Shown piece after piece: positions 51,891 through 64,000 of a stretch of DNA of 64,000 bases. The position numbers and the translations under genes are program-made. Origin of the DNA: Schmidtea polychroa (lineage: Eukaryota); NCBI GenBank assembly GCA_044892525.1, contig CM097885.1, positions 52,702,001 to 52,766,000 on the forward strand, written 5' to 3'. Below the pieces are notes generated by a model that worked only from the letters and a program-made list of their open reading frames with translations, was not told the origin of the DNA and made no database searches. Each line of letters starts with the position of its first letter. Within the stretch, counting starts at the first letter, position 1.

Positions 51891-52073
51891 AAATATTTTC
51901 TTTTGTGATTGTATCTTATCTGAAATCAGCGTACTCAATAGTAAGGATGATTTTTATTGTTAACCAAAATTATAATCATAAATTATTATTTAATTGATGC
52001 TTTGCATTTTATTTTTTTTATTTTTTCATTTTATCTTATGCAAGAGTGATTAAAATCATAGATTGATCATAAA

Positions 52074-52522
52074 TTAATTTCCGATTTCAACCAGCCTTGC
52101 ATCCAAATTTATATTCACGGCATTATTGTTGGGTCCACAACCTGACATGCACCAAAAATGAAGAGTCAAATTAAGATGCAAAGCTATACAATGCTTAACC
52201 AAACTTATATTATCATCAATTGTCCTTCCTTCTTTCAAACGATTTTCAAGATCTTTCCAGGGAAAGTAGCATTTTTTATGCACAAAACTGTTTTCATGAT
52301 CAGCCACCTTCGGATTTAGTCACCTGTTAGCAAAAACCTTTAGATAGACCAGTAAAACAGTTTTGTTTTAGTTTAACTTTTGAAAACAGTAAACATGGAA
52401 AACAGAATATAAAAATCTAATATGAGAAAAAGAAAGAAAAAGCAAAAAAATTTTAAATGATCATTTCACAGTTTTGGCGTCCGGGCGGTCGCCCCATTCG
52501 CCACCCCCTAGCTACGGCTCTG
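52074..52522. mobile_element. hAT remnant
   Basis: HENSFVHKKCYFPWKDLENRLKEGRTIDD (region after the TTF finger), and a GC-rich hAT-like end CCCCCTAGCTACGGCTCTG. Confidence 0.6.
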
Positions 52523-52731
52523 CGATAGCGTAATACTCTCGCGATTAGGTACTATTATGTAATGATGTCAAACTTATTACATTTAATAACTTTTATTTTT
52601 ATTTCTAATTTATCAAGATCATTGTGATAGGGTCTGTTAAAATGAAAACCAACATGTTTTTTTCAACTTTAACGAAGAATTAATTGGAATTAATATTTTA
52701 TAAAATATTTTTGGCAATCATTATAATGACA

Positions 52732-53098
52732 GGTACTTCCGTGTTATCTTACCCCCAAAAATTAAATTAAAAAAGAACACATATAATTATTATATTTATT
52801 TTCTAAATCACAGTTACAAACTCAGCAAATGTTTGTAAAGAGTTTGTAAATGGTCATTCAGGTGGCCAGAAAACCACAATGTCGTTGAGAATAGTGTCGA
52901 ACACATCGGCATTGTTGCTTAGAACACGTTTGCGCCACATAAACTCACATAATCACACAAATCACAGATAGCCTTAATAAATTCATGTTCAACAATGTTC
53001 AATAACGTCATTAATAATGTATTCTCTCATTTTTTATATTGTTATTTTAATTTTATTTTATAATTTAATTTTTGGGGGTAAGATAACACGGAAGTACC
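52732..53098 (-). mobile_element. Merlin (IS1595-related) non-autonomous element
   Basis: ~38-bp TIR GGTACTTCCGTGTTATCTTACCCCCAAAAATTAAATTA, perfect 8-bp TSD TAATGACA. Internal LCEFMWRKRV...DIVVFWPPE* resembles a Merlin transposase C-terminus. Confidence 0.85.
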
Positions 53099-53403
53099 TA
53101 ATGACATTTGAAAATCTTTTAACTAATCACTTTTTATCTGTTTTCATCTACAATTTCGTTTACCTCCATTTTTCCCTAATACTGATCATTACTTTATTGA
53201 ATTGAAAACAAAAAAACAAATGAAGATAAACAAAATTTTATTTTGTGATTTGTGATTATTTAAGAATGTCATTGATCAGGATATTAATAATAAATTATTA
53301 TAATTAATAATCAATAATAATATATAATTAAAATACAAAATATAATTTCGTATTTTTGATAAGAATTGACGATTTGAAATTTGAAATTTAAATAAATTTG
53401 ATA

Positions 53404-55896
53404 ATGACGAAAGGCTGCTGCAAAAAATCTAAAGTTGAAGTGGAAGAACCTGAGAAAATTGAAGGTTTCCCCGAGAATGTTGAAGAAGAAATTGCCCAAG
53501 AACCAAAGACATCTATTAAGCCACAGTTGTCAATAAGAGATTTCATTCATAACAGAAATTTAGTTGAATATCAACAAATTATTGCTAATGATCCCCATAA
53601 TAAATCCTTAACTAAGGAGGTATTTACAAAAGAAATGGCGAAGGACTATGAATTTATACGGGGACATGAAAATGAAGGGCTTGGACAATGTATCTTCCCA
53701 AATGTCTATAATACAAATTGTCTAATTCCTTACGTATCAGGTCCTGATTGTTACAACATATTCGCGGAATTCTTTGGAGAGATTATTGAAAGAATACATG
53801 GACTACCTGATAAAGAAGTCTCTTTACATCCATATTTTGGGAATCTCAAACGTCATGCATTGATTGATTTGAATAGTTACACAAGAAGACGTCAAAGAGT
53901 AATTTATTCAGAAATGATGACTAGAAGAAATCTACAAGACATTCATTTTACTCCTTACATTAATCAATCAGATCGCAGAAATGTCATTTCTCTAATTGAG
54001 CCAAAAATAAGAGCTGTTTGTGAGAACTTGGTCGAAATTCCTACAATTCCTTTGGAATGGGAACAACGAATGAATAGTGTAACAAATGAGCTGGATGATT
54101 CTGGATCCATGCTAGATTATCCTGAAGATAGATTGATGCTTGTGTTTAAGGATGATGACAACTTTTACCAAGGGGCCATTATAAATTTCGATGATCACGT
54201 CGAATTTATCGAATCGGCTAATAATGGAAAAATTGGAGAATTATTTTTGCGAATGTATAACTTCGTTCATCATGATCAATTCAAAGAAATTAATTACGCA
54301 GCTCATACCGTATTCGGTCATTTAACATTGTCACCAGCTCATATCGGAACTGGATTCTCCATTAGAGTTTTAGCAAAGTTTCCCTTCATTAGTAGAATGG
54401 CAGATGCAAATTCTTTAGTAAAACCTTTTGACTGTGCCATTTCTAATGAGTTAGAAGACCAAAACAACGGCATGATAATTTTATACACGATTAAGTCTTT
54501 AAATAAAACGGAAGCTGAAATATTTGAAGACCTTTTATTAGCCTATAATAAGATTTCAATAATGGAAGATGAGCTAGAACTTACATCCCCAATGTCAATT
54601 CAACAAGACTGTGCGATTGCAGAAAATTTAGAAATTCTAATGAACATTATCCAAGAAAACGAATCAAAATCATATACAAAAAAGTTTTTAACTAGAAATT
54701 TAGTTCAACAATACGATGGTGTTAAAACAAACTTTGGTACCCTCTTGAATAACTGTATAAGACATAATGCTTATCATCCACATTCTTTATTTCCAAGAGC
54801 TTGTGATAGCGACTCTTACACAGTGTTTCAGTCCTTTTTCAATCCAATATTATTAGAAACAAATAGTGTTGGCAGTTTTAAACACCCAAAAGCTTCAAAT
54901 TACGGATCAACGGAAAACAAACTATTTCAGTTGCGTCATCCGAGCATTTTAAGCTATCGGGTGAGCTTCACAAGAAATATAAATGCGTTTCCATTTCCAA
55001 TAATGATGTCCACAAAGGACAGAATGGAAATGGAAGAGATGATGATTGACTTGATTGATGAATTCCCGGTGGAAATGGAAGGTCATTACGTGCCATTGAA
55101 GTCTTTGAAAAGCTCGGTTTATTTTGAAGAAATAATAAAACACAAATTTATTCCTTCAATCAACGAAGTTAATAAATCTTGCGGCCTCTATTCCGATTGG
55201 CCACGATATCGTGGGATTTTTTTCGCTCAAAAAAATATTAATTATCCCAATATATATCTTGCTATTCTAGTTAATTTCATTGATCATATTAAAGTCATAG
55301 CTTTAGATCCAAGTGGAAAGAAATTAAATTTATGTTACGATCGCGCGGTGAACGTAATGAAATTTTTAAATTTGAGATTGCAGGAAAAGTATGCGTATCG
55401 TTGGGGTTACGGATACCTGACAACTGTTCCAAGTTCAGTTGGATGTGGAATGCGAATAAGTGCTTTGGTAAAATTAGTGCACCTTGGAAAAAATAGAGAA
55501 ATACTTGAAAAAGAATGTAAAACTATGCAATTTGCCTATCGAGGAACGTCAGGTTACGGGTCTGTTGCTGTAAATAACATTTTTGATCTGTCTTTAAAAT
55601 TAAACTTAAATGTCACAGAAATTTGGCTACTTATGATGTTTGCACAACGTTTAAAAGACTTAATTTTGATAGAGCGTCAGTATGATCCAAGAATTGAAAT
55701 ACCAACAAATCAGTCACCTGAATTCAAGGAAATTTATGAAGAGGACGAATTTACTGAAGAGGAACCATCTGGTGAAGTGGAAGAAGTAGAAAATGAACCT
55801 CCGGCGTCGGTCCAATCTGACAATAATGTAAAAGCTAGTATTAACGGTGAAGAACCCGTAAATGAAAAACCGGCTGAACCTGAAAAAGAAATTTAA
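53404..55896 (+). CDS. Two-domain phosphagen kinase-like protein, paralog B, ~830 aa, probably catalytically degenerate
   Basis: Intronless ORF with ATG (MTKGCCKK) at 53404. Aligns end to end by eye with paralog A (GLGQC, RRRQRVIYS, NCIRHNAYHP, FQSFFNPILL, GYLTTVP). Acidic/Pro-rich tail. Confidence 0.85.
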   Translation: MTKGCCKKSKVEVEEPEKIEGFPENVEEEIAQEPKTSIKPQLSIRDFIHNRNLVEYQQIIANDPHNKSLTKEVFTKEMAKDYEFIRGHENEGLGQCIFPNVYNTNCLIPYVSGPDCYNIFAEFFGEIIERIHGLPDKEVSLHPYFGNLKRHALIDLNSYTRRRQRVIYSEMMTRRNLQDIHFTPYINQSDRRNVISLIEPKIRAVCENLVEIPTIPLEWEQRMNSVTNELDDSGSMLDYPEDRLMLVFKDDDNFYQGAIINFDDHVEFIESANNGKIGELFLRMYNFVHHDQFKEINYAAHTVFGHLTLSPAHIGTGFSIRVLAKFPFISRMADANSLVKPFDCAISNELEDQNNGMIILYTIKSLNKTEAEIFEDLLLAYNKISIMEDELELTSPMSIQQDCAIAENLEILMNIIQENESKSYTKKFLTRNLVQQYDGVKTNFGTLLNNCIRHNAYHPHSLFPRACDSDSYTVFQSFFNPILLETNSVGSFKHPKASNYGSTENKLFQLRHPSILSYRVSFTRNINAFPFPIMMSTKDRMEMEEMMIDLIDEFPVEMEGHYVPLKSLKSSVYFEEIIKHKFIPSINEVNKSCGLYSDWPRYRGIFFAQKNINYPNIYLAILVNFIDHIKVIALDPSGKKLNLCYDRAVNVMKFLNLRLQEKYAYRWGYGYLTTVPSSVGCGMRISALVKLVHLGKNREILEKECKTMQFAYRGTSGYGSVAVNNIFDLSLKLNLNVTEIWLLMMFAQRLKDLILIERQYDPRIEIPTNQSPEFKEIYEEDEFTEEEPSGEVEEVENEPPASVQSDNNVKASINGEEPVNEKPAEPEKEI

Positions 55897-58775
55897 CTTT
55901 TATTTTAACATTTTATACAAAAAACAATTTAAAAATTAATTTGTCAAAAAATTAACATTCATTACTGATGATTTGTATACAAAATACAAAATCAAATACA
56001 TGTACGTGTTTAATAGTTTTCTTTTTAGAACTTCATATTTTAATTAAAATTAAAAGCTAAAATATTTTAAATTAAAATATTTTTCAACACAAACTTTTCG
56101 TATTGACTCTCCTTGCCCATTTTGAACCTTGACAGACTTTGTATTTTTATGGATCTTTTTTAAAATATCAACATAGGAAATGGATCAAATTTATAAAAAA
56201 GCGCCACTCAAACATTTGTTTTACGATATATTTCAACAGTTTTCATGTCATCGTCAAGTAGGAAATAATAACAATAACAATTTATTTTTAAAATTACGTA
56301 TAGTAGCAATTTTGTCTATTGCGTTTATTGTTTTTTAGATTGGAAGGATTACTTATCTGACTCATGGTGTTCAATAATCAAGAAAAAAGATTGAAATTTA
56401 CATAGGTTTCCATTTGATTCACAGTTCAGCATTTAGTACTCTATAGAATTAGTAACACTCAGGCAAGCCTGGTCTGATCAAACTTTTGATTGATAATTAT
56501 AATTAAGCAGAATAGAACTACAAATCTAACTTCATGTGCTCTTGATCAGAATAAATACTCAAAAAAATAACTTTTATTATTACTTTTTAAAATTTCGCAT
56601 TTTTGAATGTTGATTTTTAGATTTGCAACGTTTACAGTTTGAAAAAGCTTATCGATGTCATTTATTTGTGTTTATTGGTGTAAATTAAAAATACCGGAAA
56701 ACTGATAAAGTTGCCACTAAAAGCACCGACATTTGCTGGCAAATAAAAACTTTCACGGAGCACACAAGAAAAGGTTCAGTCACTTCATTATTACCCTACA
56801 AAATGTTCAAAGATCTCAAAACAACTAGTAACAAAATTAACGCATTCAATGGTACCAACTTAAATACATTCGGAGAATATACTACGACAATAACAATCAA
56901 CAACAAATAGTACAGCTGATCGTCCATTATAGCCTAAGTACAACAACCAATAATCGGTGTCGATTTCTTATCACACTAAAATTTACTAGTAGACTGCAGA
57001 AATAAAGACATAGTTCAAAACCCTATTACAAAAACAAAACAAAACAATCAACAACAACCTAATGTACATAGATTGATATTGGAGTGACCCAAACAAACCC
57101 AATCAATAAAAACAAAATTTATATCAAAAAATTACTAAAATCAGTAAAGACCACTTTTGAAATCATATGCGGGGTCGTCCGTGTTGGTGGCTCTTCGTAA
57201 CTCCAAGAGACGGACAAGGGAGCTTCTACCCTCCGTTTTTGTAGTTATGCCAAATATTGTATCCATTCATCATTATGAATACTCAGGTATTCTCCATCAG
57301 TATCCTCGATGATACCCACCTCTATTTCTAAACTCGACTCGCCTGAGTCGGGTGATCGCCTGGTTTATGTCATTTACGGCTTGGGCCCGTGCTAACCGGG
57401 CTGGATTTAGTGTTGGCTCACGCTTGACATTCATCTTCAATTGTCGATCCGATTCGCTTAATTTTGCCATAGTGACGACTGGATTCTAGCTGAAATCAAT
57501 TGTTCCAGGCGCGAATCTTGCCCCACAACCACTATCGTTTGGGAATGGCGGTTGCTTGGTGCCTAGTGGACTCGGTAGATTGCTGGATATTTCTGTACTC
57601 AATCTGGGGCTCGCGATAACTCCCTGAATAAGATGAACTGGCCTCGGCATCTTGTTTCGTTAGACCATGTCGTTGATCATTTGGCTTTGGCATTCTATCA
57701 AAATTTCAAATCAAATTAACTGGATTCTGGTCGTTTTATATATGCCTCCAGTGTGCATTCGTGTATGCCGACATCAATCGTTGGTTTACTTATCGATCTT
57801 TGATTTTATGGTGTTCTGACCCCCCCCCCCACCCCACCACCTTCCTTCACGTGTCTCTCTGTACATACATGCGCACCTTCATACATACATGCATTCTTGC
57901 ATACAACTCCGCATACACAAACGTCTAAATGCATGCACGCACCTAAATACAAACTTTAGGCTTGTAAACTTTATTGATTATATTTCAAATTAAGCTATAT
58001 TTCATTATATGTGATACTCAGCGACTCTCTTGGCCCGAACCCTTCTATTTAGATTTAAACTTCTGATTTTATTAATCGGTTCTATCACGAATTTAAGTTA
58101 ACAGGTGGGTTTTTAAATGGGTTTTCAAATAGATTTCAGAATTTTCGTTCCTTATCTTATCTTAAATTTAAAGTGATCTTTTATTTAATTCAATATCATG
58201 GAACCGATTTTTATCATCTGTCCCACACTTCAAGTGATCCATATTGCTATAGTAAGTTTGAAGCAATTTATTTTTAATTCCATATTTAAGTAAATCTAAA
58301 GTATTTTTTTAAATCTAATTTATTTCTACATCTATATATTAAGGTACTCTGTCATAAGGGCCCGGAACAAAACAGCCCCGTCAAAAGGGTCTCTGATATA
58401 AGTGCCCTTCGCAAAAACAACCCCTGTCAAAAGGCCCACAGCAATTTGAGTTCAAATTATTATATAAAAGTTTATTAGTAGCTAAAGGTTTAATGATAAT
58501 TAAATTATAATGTTAAAAGTTTAAAGTTAAAAGTGTTGTTAGTGTTTTAATATTTTTAATAATTGAACTCTATAATTGGATTTTTTTAAATATATACATG
58601 AAATTGAGAAAACGAGTAATTTATTTTATTTAGCTTTGATTATTGATAATAAATAAAATTAAATAAACTAGGGCGGTAATTAAAACATGAAGAGGACCTA
58701 TGGAAGTGGTGCTAGCAAAAGACAAAACAAAATATTTAGGGGCCATATACGATGTCAGACCTGGGCCTCCAAGTA

Positions 58776-59896
<1,121 letters not shown>

Positions 59897-59913
59897 CTTT
59901 TTAAGTATTCTTA

Positions 59914-60757
59914 AGTAGTAGGATGTGTCAAATTTTAAACAAAGACGTATGAATCATCAAGGTCATTGAAACAAAGACCATGACTCACCCGATGACTCAT
60001 CAAGGTCATTGAAACAAAGACCACGAATCATTCAAGGTCATTGGATGGCTCATCAAGGTCATTGAAAGAAAGACCATGAGTCATTCAAGGTCATTGGATG
60101 ACTCATCAAGGTAATATTTTTAAGGTAGAGGTCATATTTTTTAAGGTCAAGGTCATATTTTTAAGGTCAAACCTTCATTTGAAAGGTATTTGAGAGGTCT
60201 ATCTAATGGTCATACCCTCGAAGGTGTATGGTGGGTCCTCGGTCTTAAAAGGGTAAAAAACCTTCGAATTTTTTTCCCAAACTTTATAATATATATATAT
60301 ATCATTCGAAAGGTATTTGAGAGGTCTATCTAATGGTCATACCATCGAAGGTATATGGTGGGTCAATAACCTTCAAAGGGTGTCCAAAATTAAATATTGG
60401 TAAAACCATATAATATATATATATATATCATTCGAAAGGACTTTTGATGGTGAGTTCGAAGGGTTCAAGGTTCAAAAATTTTAAAACCTTATAATATACA
60501 TATCAAACAAAAGGTATTTGAGATGTAAGTATCATGGTCATACTTTCAAAGGTCATATTTTATAAGATGGCGGCTATATAGTTTAATTAAAGATTGCGTG
60601 TGTGTATTTTCTTAAAATTAATATTTTGAGAGTACCTTTGCTTGGATTTTATTGATCAAGGGGTCATTTTAAAGGTAATTCAAAAGGGAATCCGTGCGCA
60701 CAAATGTTGTCTTAATTTGTTTTAATAAAGTAAAAATATTATTATAAGTATTATTAC

Positions 60758-60814
<57 letters not shown>

Positions 60815-62290
60815 ATTTCAACTTTCTATCACAAATCATTGTTAACTAAAAACATAGTAGATTATTATAAAATTTATAACACAAAAGTTATACCATAAAA
60901 AGTTGACAAACAAAAATAACTAAATATTTACAAATTTTTTATTCGCCATCATATTTACAAATTTTTATTCAACATCGTATTTACACAAATATAATCACAA
61001 TGTTAAATAATTGGCCCAAAATATAACTTTAAATTATTGAGTTGACTATTTGATTGAATTGTTGATCTCGAATGACAGGATCCGTTTCAGGCATGACGAT
61101 ATTACCACTACCATCTAAGACATCCACCCCTCTATAATGTCCATATGCAAAACTTGAGTTTTTCCCTACCCAAGCTCTCTTATCGTCGTGATTATTTAAA
61201 GCTATTTTTGAGTTTTTAAAAGTAAACAGCTGATGATTCCGGGTTCCTATTCTAGTTTGAGGAACCGACATGACTGTGTTGTTATAGCAGTCTCAATAAG
61301 ATTGATGTTTGATGTCGGTCCCCGGTAATTTTACGCCCTTAGCCCTCATTGTTGACTTATTTCCTAATAGGCTGTAACATTTAGGACGTAAGAAAACCCA
61401 TTCACTATATCCTAACCCTTTACTCTCATCCTTAAACTTGCCTATAACTGAGTCAAGTCGCCTGGAATATAAAGGATGGGAGGGATCATAATTTGAAGTA
61501 TCTAAAAGGTCATCCGAAATCATCGCTTGTAATAAGATATCTAATTTTAAATTTTTAACCTCTAAAAAGAAAGAGTCGAAATCACCCGCTACTAAATTAA
61601 TTTCACAATTATAAATATCCCGATATCGTTGTAGCTCTATATACTGTAACTGATACATCCGTAGTTTGGATAGATCCAGTACTGATTGTCCGATGTAGCT
61701 GGGTCTATCCAAACATATAGAGTCCTTATTGAGATGCGCGGCAAACAGATCATCAGCTATTTCAATTGTTTTTCTGAATGCCGGTTTTGACGAATATGTA
61801 ATTAATTTTTCAGATGAATTACATAGTCGCAAATTCATCCTCTTTTTAAGGTTCTCTACGGATTTACCGTACAGACTATTATATATATAATTTAAATAAA
61901 TCTCTATATATTTCACTAACTGCATTAGCACGCAAGTTAGTGTTTTTATCGATATAATGTTTAAAGATATGATTTTGTTTATATTTTATAGCTCTGTGTA
62001 TATTTACAACCTTAGCCCCAAGTGAAAGATAAAGCCTGAGAAGCCTCCAATGAAGAACATAGTTCTCCTTTGGATAATGCGTGAGCATCAACTTCTCAAC
62101 TTTTGAGTTAGGTGGGCACATCTTTTCCGGTCCAATCGGAAAGTCATTTAAAAAATCATGGAAATCAATCGGAATCTCGATATCAACTTCCATAGTATAT
62201 CCATATGGAAGTGTTTCGATATCCGCAACATTCACACACTCATCCAAAACTTCATTCAAGCCATCATACACCCAAGTAAAATCACCATAG
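59914..62290. mobile_element. Left end of a Polinton/Maverick-like element
   Basis: Starts AGTAGTAGGAT. Subterminal TCAAGGTCATT and TCATTCGAAAGG repeats at 59955-60560, followed by a protein-primed PolB relic. Confidence 0.8.
61029..62290 (-). pseudogene. Protein-primed family B DNA polymerase (pPolB), C-terminal part, disrupted
   Basis: YGYTMEVDIEIP, HDFLNDFPIGPE, KL..NSLYGKSVEN, LDRPSYIGQSVLDLSKLRMY, GDFDS, IGKFKDE, LRPKCYS, KGVK, DDKR. Frameshift at ~61885, in-frame stop at 61293, truncated at 62291 by an LTR-like insertion. Confidence 0.9.
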
Positions 62291-63000
62291 TGTTGGGCTA
62301 GAACTGATTTCTAGACCCAAACTTCTAATTGTGACTGAAATGTGTAGGTACACAACATGCAAAAAGCAAAAAGTATAGTTAAATATTGAAAAAATACACC
62401 AAATAAACAATGGTAATTAAAGGAGAAAAAAACAAAAAATAAACACAGAAATTAAATAAAATTATACCAAAAGCAAGAAGTTATGCAAAAATCGAACTCA
62501 AAAATAACCAAATAAACATAGAGTTACAAAAAACAGACTCGAATAACTTAAAAGACGGTAAAAACAGTAAAAAATTCCAGAAAAACCCAGAACATTCCAT
62601 AAAAATGGCGATGACCATCACAAAAGCCATCTAGAATAATAAAAGTTAGGAAAATAAATAAATTAGTATTAAAAATAAAAAAATCTTAAAAGAAACTCAT
62701 AAAACATCAGTTAAAATAAAAATAAAATTAAAATTAACATGGAATGTTCTGGAACCGTTCCAAATCCATCATGGACGTCAAATTAACGAAAAATAATTAA
62801 AAAATAAAAGTTTAAAAATAAAAACAAAAATTATGGCACAAAAATTGCCATTAAAAATATCAAAATCGCAAAATAGAAAATTCTGGAATAAAAAGAATTC
62901 GAGTTTGTTTTAATGCATCAATACATACACGTGTACAAAATAGGTATATATACCGACACGTTTCGGTCACAATTCAATCACTTTATGCCAAATTTTGATC
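62291..63000. mobile_element. LTR-like insertion truncating the pPolB gene
   Basis: Abrupt TGTTGGG start inside PolB coding sequence; homologous to 51110-51890. The other end and a TSD were not found. Confidence 0.55.
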
Positions 63001-64000
63001 CAGATTTTGTCAACGAAAGCAGTGAGTACTAATGCTTAATTTTTTATTATCATGTATCTATCGATGATTTATCTAAGTTAACATTAAAGTAGTTTTTTAT
63101 TTAGGTTTTTCTTTTAAAATTTTCAAGTGATGTACGAATGATCTGCGGCGTACTGGTATCCCTGCGTCGCTTTTCAGTCCTGCATCCAATTTAATTAAAC
63201 TTTTATAAGATAGCATGCAGACATGCATTATTGATATTATATTGATCTATATTATATGGTTCTTTTTGTTTGGGTCCTTCGGAGGTCGAACCACTTCATG
63301 GTCCTGCCATGGAGTTAAGTCGAGGAAACCCTCCGTCTGACTCTTCGTATTTATTAAAGGTCAGTCGTAAATGGTTGACTCACTATACAACATTAAGGTT
63401 TGTCCTAGTAGTCCCAGTGGGGCTACGAAAGCAATAATTCTTCCCGACTTTTTACGTAATACACAATTAACATCAACATTAAAAATCATAGACAACAACT
63501 CTACACTAAGATGATAATTTGAGTAGAACTCATACCTAAACTCACACAATTCTGCAATCACATTAATGTAGCTGGTTGATCAGTAATAGCAATTTCAGTT
63601 GTATTTAGACATACGCCGAATTAGATTTTGTAATAGAAGTTTATGGCAAAGTAATGAAAATGATAAAGATATTCGGCCTACGTCTGAGTAGAACTCAATT
63701 TGGATAGGCCTGTGAAGTAATTATAGAGTTAATGGATTCAACGTAAAAGTAGAGGTTATAAATCTAAAGATTACGAATCTATTAATCTAAGTTCCCACGT
63801 TAAAATATTCATAAATGGATAAATACTTAGTTATATTTTTTATAAATAATTATAAGAGCTTAGATATAATTATATTGATCTTAAAAATGTAAATCATTAA
63901 TGGATAAATCCCGATTAGAAATTATAGATTTTGCGTATAAAAATTTTTATAACTAATTATATATAAATGTAAAACTTCGGGAAATATAACTTATAAATAG

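Noticed and set aside
57365..57420. Twister-ribozyme-like string on the minus strand (TAA...GCC...CGGGCCCAAGCCG)
   Set aside because: No P2 partner or GAGGG pseudoknot strand at a suitable position. It lies in a decayed coding-like frame (MAKLSESDRQ...RNRGGYHRGY), probably a retroelement relic.
62940..62990. Hammerhead-like CGAAACGTGTC on the minus strand
   Set aside because: No CUGANGA core upstream; it lies within an LTR-like repeat.

Overview
Very AT-rich eukaryotic genomic DNA with 41-48 nt mini-introns and (AAT)n/(TA)n microsatellites; these traits and the two-domain phosphagen-kinase genes suggest a flatworm, probably a planarian (inference). Host genes: an intronless RING protein, a 7-exon mitochondrial class I release factor that needs a GC-AG intron, CCDC124, a 7-exon DHCR24, and a head-to-head pair of intronless ~820-830 aa two-domain phosphagen-kinase-fold genes. 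In that pair all four domains lack the NEEDH glutamates and the reactive Cys, and both proteins start MTKGCCKK; this is the most unusual signal. The rest is dense mobile DNA: outward-facing Polinton/Maverick ends near both window edges (one with a decayed protein-primed PolB), a nearly intact 3.3-kb hAT element in a DHCR24 intron, hAT/Merlin/TA-target MITEs, solo LTRs, and mariner, Tc1, pogo, RLE-LINE and gag-protease relics. There is also a GC-rich island with an intact orphan ORF, a templated insertion with a 20-bp duplication, and an inverted copy of a DHCR24 exon. All calls are by eye; no searches were run.
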